Program-made: the position numbers and the translations under genes
DNA from: an uncultured virus (IMG/VR IMGVR_UViG_3300033757_000130)
Taxonomy: Duplodnaviria; Heunggongvirae; Uroviricota; Caudoviricetes
Strand: one strand, 5' to 3'
Virus record (IMG/VR): IMGVR_UViG_3300033757_000130
Length of the DNA stretch: 64,000 bases
The notes under the pieces: generated by a model
Seen by the model: only the letters and a program-made list of their open reading frames with translations
Told to the model about the DNA's origin: nothing
Database searches by the model: none
Shown here: one piece after another, positions 1 to 9,555 of the stretch
Layout: each line of letters opens with the position of its first letter
Position numbering within the stretch: the stretch's first letter is position 1

Positions 1-187
1 TGCTAGGATAATTGCAGTCATCTTCTACTGCAATGTAAACGTATGGCATCAATGAGTCTTTGTGATAGAATATCAAAGAACTTGTTCCATACTTAACTGA
101 GTATGAGCATTCATACTTTTCAATGTATTTCTTGAACGACTTTAAAAGTCTAGGCATATTTTCAATTGTATGTTCTGTAATTATCAT
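1..187 (-). CDS. Hypothetical protein, runs off window edge
   Basis: ATG at 187 follows a TATATT -10-like hexamer by 6 nt; frame is open to position 1 (MIITEHTIENMPRLLK...). Confidence 0.6.
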   Translation of the reverse strand, partial: MIITEHTIENMPRLLKSFKKYIEKYECSYSVKYGTSSLIFYHKDSLMPYVYIAVEDDCNYPS

Positions 188-334
188 AATGATAATATAA
201 TAAAAACCAAGCTGTTTGTAAACAACTTGGTTGAAAACGTATTTTTAACAATTTAATCTAACTTTAGTGATGCATTAGCACTATAAATGTGTTCATCCCA
301 ATGTGGCAATACACTTTCTCTAAACCAATTTTCA

Positions 335-1129
335 TTAGAGCAACGATCCAATTGGATTGATGTTATAGTTAGGAAGTGCAGGACTTGGCACATAGCAAGG
401 AATGCGAATAATGTCAGTCTTGAACTTGTTCTTCACATACATCTTCTTAATCTTATCGTAGTTTTGTCCCTTAACGCCCTTACGAATGAGTTCATTGACT
501 TCATGGTATGTGAAACCAAGCTTTTCTTCATCCGACTTAGACTGAAGTCCATCAATTGGTGTCTTATGAATAAGTTCAGTAGGAACCTTCAACTCAAACG
601 AAAGATAATCACCAATTGCAACGATTTCGTCTGTAGTAAGCATCGAAAGAGGTGCAAACGAACCAGCATTGTCACCGTAAAGAGTTGCGTAACCTACAGT
701 AGATTCAGAAAGATTGCAAGTATTTGCAACAAGTGCATCAAACATCGGAGACAAAGCATACAGTGTTGTCATACGAAGACGTGCAGGTGTATTGATCTTT
801 GTATCTTCACAGGCATTACCAACTTGCTGTTCAATTTCTTCCATAATGCCTTTGAAAGGTACTTTGATATTGATAGTGTAATGTTCAATACCAAGCGATT
901 CTACAACATTCAAACTATCCTTAATATCATTCTGCCAACTATTGGGCATCAAGATACCAATGACATTTTCTTTACCGAGTGCTTTAACACACAGCATTGC
1001 AGTAACTGTGGAATCCTTACCACCAGAAATACCAATGATAGCCTTCTTCTTATTCAAATTATTGAAGTAAATTTTAATCCACTGAATACAGTTATTTGCT
1101 TGCGATTCAATATCTGTATAATCGATCAT
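335..1129 (-). CDS. nadE: NH3-dependent NAD+ synthetase
   Basis: GISGGKDS PP-loop, N..ARLRM, GYATLYGD, DEEKLGFTY; probable start ATG 1129 just after the pncA stop. Confidence 0.95.
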   Translation of the reverse strand: MIDYTDIESQANNCIQWIKIYFNNLNKKKAIIGISGGKDSTVTAMLCVKALGKENVIGILMPNSWQNDIKDSLNVVESLGIEHYTINIKVPFKGIMEEIEQQVGNACEDTKINTPARLRMTTLYALSPMFDALVANTCNLSESTVGYATLYGDNAGSFAPLSMLTTDEIVAIGDYLSFELKVPTELIHKTPIDGLQSKSDEEKLGFTYHEVNELIRKGVKGQNYDKIKKMYVKNKFKTDIIRIPCYVPSPALPNYNINPIGSLL

Positions 1130-1130
1130 T

Positions 1131-1718
1131 TTATTCCACAATAACGTCGATCTGTTGCATTTTCAAGCACTTGATTGCAGCTGCCTGTCCTTCATCATCA
1201 AGATCTTCAATGCAATTAACATCAACTGTAATCTTCTTATTTGGGAAAATTGCACGAAGAATAATAGCATTTGCAAGAACACAAATCGAGCTTACAAATC
1301 CACAAATTTCAATTTCGTCAAATTCAAAGAACTTGAGATATTCTTCCCACTTCTTGTAGCCGAAAGTGTACTTATCAACTGCATAGAACTTCTTCAGTCC
1401 GTCCTTATTCTTTTCTTCCATTACAGCAAGAACAGTAGGTTCAATTTCCCAACCGTCAGAAAGCTTAATGCAATGAGGAACTGGCAACTTCTGTCCTTCT
1501 AGCGATTCTTCATATACAACCGCATTGCTTTCAAGTGGCCAATTTGTCTTAACCTGAAGTTCATTGAAGTGAGTATCATGAGTTGCAATCACGATACCAT
1601 CATGTTCCTTAATCTTCTTGACGATATTAGGAAGTTTCTTTACTGCACGAGGATTAGCAAGTGCTCCTGTGAGGAAGTCCTTTTGAACGTCAATCACAAA
1701 TAATGCTTTGTTTGACAT
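1131..1718 (-). CDS. pncA: Nicotinamidase (isochorismatase/cysteine hydrolase family)
   Basis: VIDVQKDF, THDTH, PHC, DK.TFG and CG..SSICV motifs; NAD salvage context; GGAG SD before ATG 1718. Confidence 0.9.
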   Translation of the reverse strand: MSNKALFVIDVQKDFLTGALANPRAVKKLPNIVKKIKEHDGIVIATHDTHFNELQVKTNWPLESNAVVYEESLEGQKLPVPHCIKLSDGWEIEPTVLAVMEEKNKDGLKKFYAVDKYTFGYKKWEEYLKFFEFDEIEICGFVSSICVLANAIILRAIFPNKKITVDVNCIEDLDDEGQAAAIKCLKMQQIDVIVE

Positions 1719-1751
1719 AATAATCTCCATTTAAAATTAAATTATAATAAA

Positions 1752-3032
1752 TTACTTGATAACTACAAGTCCACCTTTCCATTGGTCAAGCGGAATGTAA
1801 TCGAATACGTGCTTCACATAAACGACGTAAGCAAGCGATTCACACATATTCTTGTCAGGGCAATCGCTCAACTTAACTACATCTCTTCCATTGACATTGA
1901 CAACCTTCATAACCATCGAAAGCGGCTTGATACCAAGCGTATCAGTTACGAGATTTGCCATGAAGTATGTACCGATACCAAAGCTAATCTTGATACGACC
2001 GTTGAAATGCTGTGCAATCTTGATAGCCTTATCAACATCAAGAGAATCAGACCAGCATCCTGTCTTTGTAGTAGGATCGATGCCAAGTGCATTATAGTGC
2101 GCAATCAACATTTCACCCCAGACAATCGGATCACCGCTATCATGACGGCATCCGTCAAACAGCTTAGCGTAGAATTTATCAAAATCACGCAAGAATGGAA
2201 TGAAACCAAAGTTATCAGAAAGCGCAATACCGAGATCACCACGATATTCTTGTGTCCACGCATCGAACATAGCCTTCTGAGATTGACGAATAGGAACATC
2301 GTCTAGTCCTTGGAACAATGCATACATTTCATGTGCAAACGTTCCAATTGCCTTTACACCATACTTGATAGCAAAATACAGGTTAGAAGTACCAACAAAG
2401 CACTTACAGTTCTTAGCCATGTAACCAACTGCATAATCCTGCCATGCAAAAGAATGACGTCTTCTTGCACCGAAGTCAGCAAAACCGAACTTCAAACCAG
2501 AATCAGTTGCAGCATTAAACTTATCTACTGCTTCTTTCAAGTTTTGCTTTGCCTTGTCCATGTCAAATTCAAACTGACGAAGGTAAAGTTCCTGAATGAT
2601 TTCCATCACATAAATTTCAAACCAAGTTACCTTGAGCTGTGGACCTTCTACTTCAATTTCAAGGTCATCACCACGTCTGGTAATCTTGATGTACTTACGC
2701 TTCAAGCGTAAGTCTTCAAGCCAATCGATGTAATCTGGCTTGATGTAATAAATCTTAGACAACGCTTCAAGTTCAAAAGGCTGCCAGCGAAGTGTACACA
2801 AGTGGTCAACTTCACGATTAACTGCATCGACCAAATAGCCAAGATGCACATCCTTAGAACGCAGCTTCCACTTCCACTTTGCCCAGACGTTTGGACGCTT
2901 ATGGAGCAAGCATTGAGTCATAGACACCTTATAGATGTCAGTGTCACTTAAGTAGTTGATGATATACTTTTCTTCATCAACTACGGCGTGATAATACTTT
3001 AGTTGTTCAATTTCTTTTTGAGAAAGTTCCAT
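1752..3032 (-). CDS. pncB: Nicotinate phosphoribosyltransferase
   Basis: DTD.YK.SM, DFGARRR, GTSN, GT.AHE, R.DSGDP, FGIGT, KLSD motifs. Confidence 0.95.
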   Translation of the reverse strand: MELSQKEIEQLKYYHAVVDEEKYIINYLSDTDIYKVSMTQCLLHKRPNVWAKWKWKLRSKDVHLGYLVDAVNREVDHLCTLRWQPFELEALSKIYYIKPDYIDWLEDLRLKRKYIKITRRGDDLEIEVEGPQLKVTWFEIYVMEIIQELYLRQFEFDMDKAKQNLKEAVDKFNAATDSGLKFGFADFGARRRHSFAWQDYAVGYMAKNCKCFVGTSNLYFAIKYGVKAIGTFAHEMYALFQGLDDVPIRQSQKAMFDAWTQEYRGDLGIALSDNFGFIPFLRDFDKFYAKLFDGCRHDSGDPIVWGEMLIAHYNALGIDPTTKTGCWSDSLDVDKAIKIAQHFNGRIKISFGIGTYFMANLVTDTLGIKPLSMVMKVVNVNGRDVVKLSDCPDKNMCESLAYVVYVKHVFDYIPLDQWKGGLVVIK

Positions 3033-3035
3033 TTT

Positions 3036-4154
3036 TTAATCCTTTGTCTTTAACCAATCTTTAATAATCTGTTCATGATGAAATGCTAATTTTGGCAAGT
3101 CGTCAATATTAAACCAGCATGCTTCTGTTGCGTCATCTGCTCCACACGCAGTTTTTGCGTATTTCGCTGGAATTCTTACTGCAAAAGCTGTGTCTACTAT
3201 GCGCAAACGCGGATCGAACAAATGACTATACGTCTTAATTTGTGTAAATTTTTCAGCAGGAATATCGAGTTGTGTTTCTTCGTTTAATTCTCGTTGCGCA
3301 GCATGTTCAAGATCTATGTCCGCTTTAACAGTTACACCAGTTTCTTTATCTGTCATATCAACTGCGTCGAAAAAACCGCCGGGTAAAGCGAAATATCCCT
3401 GATATGGAGGCTTTTTGCGCCTGATAAGTAACACTTTATTGTCGTGATATGCAAGAATATCTACTGTATTAGCAAACTTACCCCAACCACGTGCCTTGTA
3501 GTCTTCTACAAACTTCTTTTCAATGTCAGCATAATTAGCCGGATTTTGTTCATACAAAGTATTGTTCTTAATGAACTTAAACACTGGACGACTAATATGT
3601 TCCTGAACATCCTTGTAATGACATTCCGGATTCTTTCGCAGAATATCACGAACTGCAGAGCTAGAAATAGACTTTGTATCGTTCATTTTAAGTACACTGC
3701 AGTAATTTGCAATCTTATCTGAATTGAAAATTACATCAGTAATTTCTTGAGCTGCATCATCGCCAACTGCTCTTGTAGCAACAATGAAATTATAAGATGC
3801 CAAAATTCTTGCAGAATACTTCCACTGTCCCTTAATGAGACTATGCATTTCATCAAAACCCATTACAATAGTAATGTCTTCTGGCTTAATACCTTTGAAA
3901 TACTCTTGATGCAAGAAATCCCACATACGTTGATTCTGATTAAACAAATCTGCAGTAATCTTCTTCGCAGTTAGCATTTCTTTGACCATTGCCATACGCT
4001 GTTCAATAGGTGCATGGTCACGTTTTTCATCATTCTGAGTAACACAAACGAAGAGTTTATCATCTTTCTGCATTATATCTTTCTGCAATTTCTTGAGAAT
4101 TGCTTCGTGAGCCTTAGTTACTGGGTCAAACCAGCTACCGAAAATATAAATCAT
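3036..4154 (-). CDS. Bifunctional nicotinate-nucleotide adenylyltransferase (NadD-like) / Nudix hydrolase
   Basis: N-terminal FDPVTKAH (HxGH-like), MG.D, ISSS.VR; C-terminal ALPGGF...AAQRELNEET Nudix box, DPR and ADDA. Confidence 0.88.
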   Translation of the reverse strand: MIYIFGSWFDPVTKAHEAILKKLQKDIMQKDDKLFVCVTQNDEKRDHAPIEQRMAMVKEMLTAKKITADLFNQNQRMWDFLHQEYFKGIKPEDITIVMGFDEMHSLIKGQWKYSARILASYNFIVATRAVGDDAAQEITDVIFNSDKIANYCSVLKMNDTKSISSSAVRDILRKNPECHYKDVQEHISRPVFKFIKNNTLYEQNPANYADIEKKFVEDYKARGWGKFANTVDILAYHDNKVLLIRRKKPPYQGYFALPGGFFDAVDMTDKETGVTVKADIDLEHAAQRELNEETQLDIPAEKFTQIKTYSHLFDPRLRIVDTAFAVRIPAKYAKTACGADDATEACWFNIDDLPKLAFHHEQIIKDWLKTKD

Positions 4155-4284
4155 TATGCTACTCCTGGAGTATCACCAATAGTATAAGTGATACATGTCT
4201 GCTGTATTGCTACTTACACCGAAGCTTGCGCCTCTAGTAAATCACGTCTACTTACGTTTACGATTTTAATACGTGGTACACGCA

Positions 4285-5418
4285 TTATGGTTTTACTGTC
4301 CTGTAAAGTACTTTTCGAATTTTCGAGTTTTCTTTTCCATTAGTATAATAAAGCATTACGGCAGCGTACAATTCTTTTTTACAGCTTGACTTACAAAGTG
4401 CTTCATAAGCCTCTTTTCGAATTGGATAATCTGCTCGCAATTGCTGTCCGTAGTTAACAACTTCTGTCATATTCATGAAGAATTTTTCAGAAATTTGATT
4501 TGCAACTTCCTTCATGTTAGTCAATTCTTCTGGAATATTCTTAATGAAGTCTTCTGCGTATTGCTCTGCAATATCATACGAAGATTCTGCATTTTCCCAA
4601 TCGAAATTCTCCCAAATTACTGCAGGAGAAAGATAATGGAAGATACGTTGAAGTGCCAAAAATTCATCACCTTTAATTTTAACTTTGAAACCATTGTCGA
4701 ACGTAACCACAACACCTTCTTTAGTGTTAGGAAGTTTCTTTGCATACGTCACAACTTCTAAGAATTTAGAAAATTCAAGAACTTCTGCATGATTGATTTT
4801 CAATTCGAATGCAGTATGAACAATATCTGTAAAAGGTTTTTCCTTCATAGTGGTATTATCGTTGATACCAAGCAAGACTAAACCTTCAAAATCATACTTA
4901 ATTGGATGAACATCTTCATCATAAATGATTTCGAACATATATGTGCAGTTTTTATCTAACTTTGTAACATCGATATTATCAGCTGCCCAATTATTTGCCC
5001 ATAATGCTTGTTCAGACTCAAATGAACCAGCAGTTTTGATTAACCACTTTTTACCAGTCCAGAACATGATGCCCAATGAACCATCAAGCTTATCCATGAC
5101 TCTAAAGCTTTGAGTAGAAATATCTCGAAGTAAATTGTCATATCCTTGATGTGCAATAACATCATGAGCAATCGTAGTCAAATTGCTTTGATCGTCGACT
5201 AATTCACCGAAATTAAAGAATTTTTCGAAAGGATATGCAAGAACTTTTCCAGTATCTTTATCGAATACAATTCCTCGAGCATATAAAGTAACTGGATCCC
5301 AATCACCACTATAAATTGTATTCGCAGTATACTTAAATCCAACTAAATTATTAAAGTCATGTCTCAAGAGTCTACCTTCTTCGGCAGCCTTGATAAATTC
5401 TTCCAAGGTTGGTAACAT
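4285..5418 (-). CDS. T4 Rnl1-like RNA ligase
   Basis: ARGIVF, PFEKFFN, KLDGSLG (adenylated Lys), FEII, EGVVV, KVKIK. Confidence 0.9.
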   Translation of the reverse strand: MLPTLEEFIKAAEEGRLLRHDFNNLVGFKYTANTIYSGDWDPVTLYARGIVFDKDTGKVLAYPFEKFFNFGELVDDQSNLTTIAHDVIAHQGYDNLLRDISTQSFRVMDKLDGSLGIMFWTGKKWLIKTAGSFESEQALWANNWAADNIDVTKLDKNCTYMFEIIYDEDVHPIKYDFEGLVLLGINDNTTMKEKPFTDIVHTAFELKINHAEVLEFSKFLEVVTYAKKLPNTKEGVVVTFDNGFKVKIKGDEFLALQRIFHYLSPAVIWENFDWENAESSYDIAEQYAEDFIKNIPEELTNMKEVANQISEKFFMNMTEVVNYGQQLRADYPIRKEAYEALCKSSCKKELYAAVMLYYTNGKENSKIRKVLYRTVKP

Positions 5419-5509
5419 TGGTAACCTTTTGTTAAAGTTTTTATGTGTTTTAATAAATTATAATAAAAAACTCATGTATTGTTCATACATGAGTAAAAAT
5501 TAGTTTATT

Positions 5510-5561
5510 TTTTCTTATCTGACGATAAAATAAAAATAAAAATTTTGAACTGAGAAAGTTG
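5510..5561 (+). repeat. Dispersed ~52-bp intergenic repeat, copy A
   Basis: TTTTCTTATCTGACGATA...AAAATTTTGAACTGAGAAAG; near-identical copies at 20549-20602 (inverted) and 51075-51125. Confidence 0.85.
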
Positions 5562-5570
5562 AAGTTTTAC

Positions 5571-6041
5571 TTACTTAAAAGATTTAAGTAAACCAATGTA
5601 CTTATCAAGTTCAGAAATCATTTCATCAAACAAAGCGTTAATTCCACGATCATCTTTGAAGAAATTACCTAGCTTGTCTGCTTCTTCACGATATTCACAA
5701 AGCTTTCTAATAGCGAAATCATTGTTGAAAATCATGTCTGTAATGTTAACCTGACGATTGGTAATCTTGAAACGAACATCTTTTGCTAATGCACGTTCTA
5801 CCAAGTCATCGGCGAAATTACGAAGTAGTTCATAAACTTCTTCATACTGAGTATGCTGGAAACCTTTTTCGCATGTCCAGTGGAAGATGTTAACTTTTGT
5901 AGAGAAAGATAGTGTGTCAACTGCAAAATCAAAAAGTCTAGTATAGTCGCTCTGCTTAGTGCTTTGCAAATATGACATAAAATCTGTAGGAACCTGTTCA
6001 GCAGGTGGTGTAATTGTAGCAACAATAGTAGTAGCGTCCAT
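5571..6041 (-). CDS. Ferritin/Dps-like four-helix protein
   Basis: FHW......QH...EE.YE.L....DDLVE pattern; TAATG coupling to upstream gene region. Confidence 0.65.
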   Translation of the reverse strand: MDATTIVATITPPAEQVPTDFMSYLQSTKQSDYTRLFDFAVDTLSFSTKVNIFHWTCEKGFQHTQYEEVYELLRNFADDLVERALAKDVRFKITNRQVNITDMIFNNDFAIRKLCEYREEADKLGNFFKDDRGINALFDEMISELDKYIGLLKSFK

Positions 6042-6042
6042 T

Positions 6043-6528
6043 TTAGTCCTCAGTTGTAATAAGATTTAGTTTTTCGATAACTTCTTTAGCAGAATTATTG
6101 AATTTAATCGCTTGACCACCAGCTTGAATGAATTTTTCTACGTTTTTGCCGTAATCATCGATCAAAAGTGCAGTTTCTTCTGCAAATTGAAGCTTATCTG
6201 TGTTTTTATCGACAAAGTAAATACACATTGGGTTGATATTTACGTGAGATTCAAGCCACTGTTGTTTACCAACTTTTCCTTCTCTAAAACCAATGGAAGA
6301 CAAAATACAGAGATTGATACGTCTTTCCATGCAGTACTTATAAAGCCATGCATATAGACGCTGACCTTCTCTAATCCATTGCAAATTAGCCCAGAATTCA
6401 CTACCCAAGCTCTTTAGCATGTCCCAGTTAATAGTATTCTTTGTAGGATTATAGATTAGCTTATCTACTACTGCAGACTTAAAGTCGCATAGTACGCCAT
6501 CCATATCCAAGTATATATTCTTAATCAT
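6043..6528 (-). CDS. HAD-family 5'(3')-deoxyribonucleotidase
   Basis: YLDMDGVLCDF, K..WL, LLIDDY..N. Confidence 0.85.
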   Translation of the reverse strand: MIKNIYLDMDGVLCDFKSAVVDKLIYNPTKNTINWDMLKSLGSEFWANLQWIREGQRLYAWLYKYCMERRINLCILSSIGFREGKVGKQQWLESHVNINPMCIYFVDKNTDKLQFAEETALLIDDYGKNVEKFIQAGGQAIKFNNSAKEVIEKLNLITTED

Positions 6529-6548
6529 AAACTAACCTTTTAGTATAT

Positions 6549-7067
6549 TTATAAGTGGTCGCTGCTTTTAAACTCAACAGAAGTAAATTCATGACGCAAA
6601 GCTGCTTCATCGACTGTTGCACCAATAATATTTCCTTGTTCGCGTAAATAAAATGGTACGTATTTGTTTCTAAGTCTGTGTAAGTCATACACGTGCGCAA
6701 GATGATAATATCTTACTGCATCAATGGCGCCTGGTACTAGTTTATTGAGAGTTTCTTCTGACAAAATATGAGCAGCATCATCTTCCAATAATGAATAGTT
6801 TGCAGTTAGCTCATTCACTAACTTTTCACGTTCACTAATTGTCAAATGATGCAAATTTAAGCCAGCAATGACGTTTTCAAGTCTAACTGACTTACCTTTC
6901 TTTGTGAAACGTTCGTAAGGTCCAATACAGAAAATGAACGGATTTTTGTCTACAAATTTATCTTTATGAATTGCTTCATAGTAAAACGTGTAGAAATACC
7001 CGTTGTTAAAAATTGAAACAGGTTCAAAACTTCTACTGTGAAATTGACTTCTATAATCTTCAATCAT
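6549..7067 (-). CDS. T4 gp2-like DNA end protector protein
   Basis: YTFYYE..HK...D..PFIF and GLNLH.L motifs. Confidence 0.65.
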   Translation of the reverse strand: MIEDYRSQFHSRSFEPVSIFNNGYFYTFYYEAIHKDKFVDKNPFIFCIGPYERFTKKGKSVRLENVIAGLNLHHLTISEREKLVNELTANYSLLEDDAAHILSEETLNKLVPGAIDAVRYYHLAHVYDLHRLRNKYVPFYLREQGNIIGATVDEAALRHEFTSVEFKSSDHL

Positions 7068-7330
7068 AAGTTGGCCTGTTCAAGTTGTTTCATTTTTACG
7101 TATTCACGAATGCTTAAATGTCTGAAACAATATTTCAAACATCTACGTAGCTTAATTAAGCAAAGGTGACACAAATGGTGTTCTTTAGCAGTTAAACGAA
7201 CCTTATTTGACTTTTTGTTAGAACCACTTTCCGATCTTGGAATTATGTGATGCATTTCATAGTAGCCATCAGGATATTCACGTTTAACAGCATTGTTCAC
7301 AATTCGCCAATAAATTGCAGAATAATTCAA
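7064..7330 (-). CDS. Small HNH endonuclease
   Basis: EMHHIIPRS..GSN...N.V.LT.KEH...H. Confidence 0.8.
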   Translation of the reverse strand: MNYSAIYWRIVNNAVKREYPDGYYEMHHIIPRSESGSNKKSNKVRLTAKEHHLCHLCLIKLRRCLKYCFRHLSIREYVKMKQLEQANL

Positions 7331-7336
7331 GCGTAC

Positions 7337-7573
7337 CTACTTGAAAATGTTTAACTTCGCAACCTTCTTTTTCTTTCTACGTTTTGGCCAAAGTAAATTA
7401 CCGAAACCAGTAGCTTTCTTTCCGATTTTGCCAAATCTAGAATTCATTCCCATATAGCAAGGAACAACAGCTTTGCCATCTCCGCCATAAGGAATACCCT
7501 GATCAACACCTACAGGAGCACCAACTCCCATGCCAAAATCTTCATCTAATTGTAATACTTCACTTAATAACAT
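7337..7573 (-). CDS. Hypothetical protein, basic C-terminus
   Basis: 78-aa ORF translationally coupled to its neighbours. Confidence 0.6.
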   Translation of the reverse strand: MLLSEVLQLDEDFGMGVGAPVGVDQGIPYGGDGKAVVPCYMGMNSRFGKIGKKATGFGNLLWPKRRKKKKVAKLNIFK

Positions 7574-7989
7574 TATAACGATTTATCCCTCCAAGAAGAT
7601 GTCATAAAATCATGATAAGTCTTTGAATGTACAGTTCCAGCAGCATCCTTGTATTGTATTTCATTTGCTAGAATCTTTGTAATTGTAACTTTTACTGGGC
7701 AGCATGCTTTGCCTGTGCCTGTATAATATTTACCACCAACAATAGGTACGAAACCATACTTTTCCAATGACTTTGGTGTGCAATTTGGACAAGGTGGTTT
7801 TGGAGGTGGAAAAGGTCTAGACGGAGGTAATTGATGATTATAGCCGTCATACCAATCACCTGGAGGAGGTGGAGGTGGATGATGTGGATGATGTGGCATG
7901 TGCTTAGCAGCTTTCATGCGCTTAGCTGCTTTCACACCTGCAACAAATGCATTAAATTCTTTGTCAAAATCTTTTTGTTCGTCCGCCAT
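7573..7989 (-). CDS. Hypothetical His/Pro-rich protein
   Basis: HHPHHPPPPPP tract; coupled ORF. Confidence 0.65.
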   Translation of the reverse strand: MADEQKDFDKEFNAFVAGVKAAKRMKAAKHMPHHPHHPPPPPPGDWYDGYNHQLPPSRPFPPPKPPCPNCTPKSLEKYGFVPIVGGKYYTGTGKACCPVKVTITKILANEIQYKDAAGTVHSKTYHDFMTSSWRDKSL

Positions 7990-7990
7990 A

Positions 7991-8464
7991 TTACTGCACC
8001 TTATCTAAAACGTTAATAATTTTACGCATAATATGTTGCTTTACCATGATAGATTCAGTTATGTTCAAAGCATGAATTAATGGTACAACATTTTCTTTTA
8101 AGAATTTTGACAGTTTTGTAAGCTTCGTTTGTGCAGATTTATCTAAAGCTTCGATAACTTCACATCTTTCGTTAATTAAACCTTGTCTAAATGCATAAGT
8201 GTGTCTATACAGTTCTGATAACTGTTTTAGACACATATATGATAAAATTCTTGCTTGCGTGTTAGATTCTACTGCAGAAGTAATAACTGCATTAGTAACA
8301 GCAAGTTTTGTATTGTATTTTGCAGCTTCTGTCAAAATAGAGTTAGCTTCAGCAGCAGTTACTCCAAATAATGCTGCATTTCTTGTTTTACGCAACATTA
8401 GTAATGGATTCGATTCAGTTAACGCATTGTATAACTTTGTACCGTATTGTTCTAACTCTGTCAT
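7991..8464 (-). CDS. Hypothetical protein
   Basis: 157-aa ORF preceded by TATAAATA. Confidence 0.65.
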   Translation of the reverse strand: MTELEQYGTKLYNALTESNPLLMLRKTRNAALFGVTAAEANSILTEAAKYNTKLAVTNAVITSAVESNTQARILSYMCLKQLSELYRHTYAFRQGLINERCEVIEALDKSAQTKLTKLSKFLKENVVPLIHALNITESIMVKQHIMRKIINVLDKVQ

Positions 8465-8478
8465 GTATTATATTTATA

Positions 8479-8673
8479 CTATTTCGTCAACATAATAGAA
8501 TCAATACGATCGTAAGGTTTGCCTTCTCGAACTGGTTTTGGAACCTGTTTAATCCACTCAATTGGCCATTCCGAGTAATCAAGAGGCTTCTCATAAGTAG
8601 CCCATGTATCAACGGACTGTTCAAGGATTTTTGACCACGATGGATCGTTCTTTAAAGCATTTAAATCTAACAT
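8479..8673 (-). CDS. Hypothetical protein
   Basis: 64-aa ORF coupled (TAATG) to infA. Confidence 0.55.
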   Translation of the reverse strand: MLDLNALKNDPSWSKILEQSVDTWATYEKPLDYSEWPIEWIKQVPKPVREGKPYDRIDSIMLTK

Positions 8674-8903
8674 TACTTATACCTATACTTGATTCTGCCT
8701 TTCGTCATATCATAAATTGATATACCGACTAGTACTTTATCATCAGGTAAAACACGTATAAACCTATTTTTGTTTCTGCGCATTTTACCTGCGACTGTAC
8801 ACATAACAGTTTGGCCATTTGCTAAGCGAACACGGAATTTCGCATTAGCAAAGGCTTCTTCTACAACCCCTTCTACATCAACTTCTGTTTCTGTCTTAGA
8901 CAT
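8673..8903 (-). CDS. infA: Translation initiation factor IF-1
   Basis: EGVVEEA..NA.FRVRL.NG......GKMR...IRVL..DKV.V..S.YD.TKGRI.YR. Confidence 0.95.
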   Translation of the reverse strand: MSKTETEVDVEGVVEEAFANAKFRVRLANGQTVMCTVAGKMRRNKNRFIRVLPDDKVLVGISIYDMTKGRIKYRYK

Positions 8904-9528
8904 TCGTTCTTAAATCCTCTTCACTAGTAACTTCAAAGTCATTAGCGTGAGCCGCGAGTGTTTCGTTGATATCGATAGGTGGCATAGCTCTGTTTTGTGC
9001 AGCAATCATATCGTACTGCTTTTGTTCAAACAAACGCTGTTTCATATCAGCTTCAGCTTTCTTATCAAATTCTCTGTCGCAATTTTCCATAACTGCGCCA
9101 AGATTGTTCATAAAGCTATCTGCTATTACTTCTTCATAGTTAGCAGGCTGTCTTTGAGGTTGCTGATAACTTTCGTTATAACCCCAAGGCTGCTGATAAG
9201 CCTGTGGAGGAGGTGGCGTAGGCGGTGCATATTGTGGCTGTCTTTGCGAAGCAACAAGATTACCGCCGTTAATCATTACTGATAAACTTTGTGTAACAGC
9301 CTGTTCAATAATCTGCAAGCCATACAAGCCATATTGTGCACAACAAACATCAATCTTATCATACAATGCTTGCTTTGCCTGTTCAATTCTACTGTTTGCA
9401 GAGTTAATCAAATTTGTAGCAGTAGCTTTTGGCGGTGGAGGTGGAGGCGCAGGTCTACGAGAGTTTGTAATTGGTAAACTTGGCTGTTTTCTGCCACCAC
9501 AATTCAAATAATCATAAAAATCAGACAT
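8896..9528 (-). CDS. Hypothetical Pro/Gln-rich protein
   Basis: 210-aa ORF with AAGGA SD and upstream CATAAATA. Confidence 0.65.
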   Translation of the reverse strand: MSDFYDYLNCGGRKQPSLPITNSRRPAPPPPPPKATATNLINSANSRIEQAKQALYDKIDVCCAQYGLYGLQIIEQAVTQSLSVMINGGNLVASQRQPQYAPPTPPPPQAYQQPWGYNESYQQPQRQPANYEEVIADSFMNNLGAVMENCDREFDKKAEADMKQRLFEQKQYDMIAAQNRAMPPIDINETLAAHANDFEVTSEEDLRTNV

Positions 9529-9555
9529 AATATCCTTCGAAATATGTTTTTTTAT

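Noticed and set aside
287..1144. 285-aa plus-strand ORF and similar antisense ORFs (e.g. 30781-31665, 16920-17492)
   Set aside because: Shadows of well-supported minus-strand genes, with no motifs or start signals.
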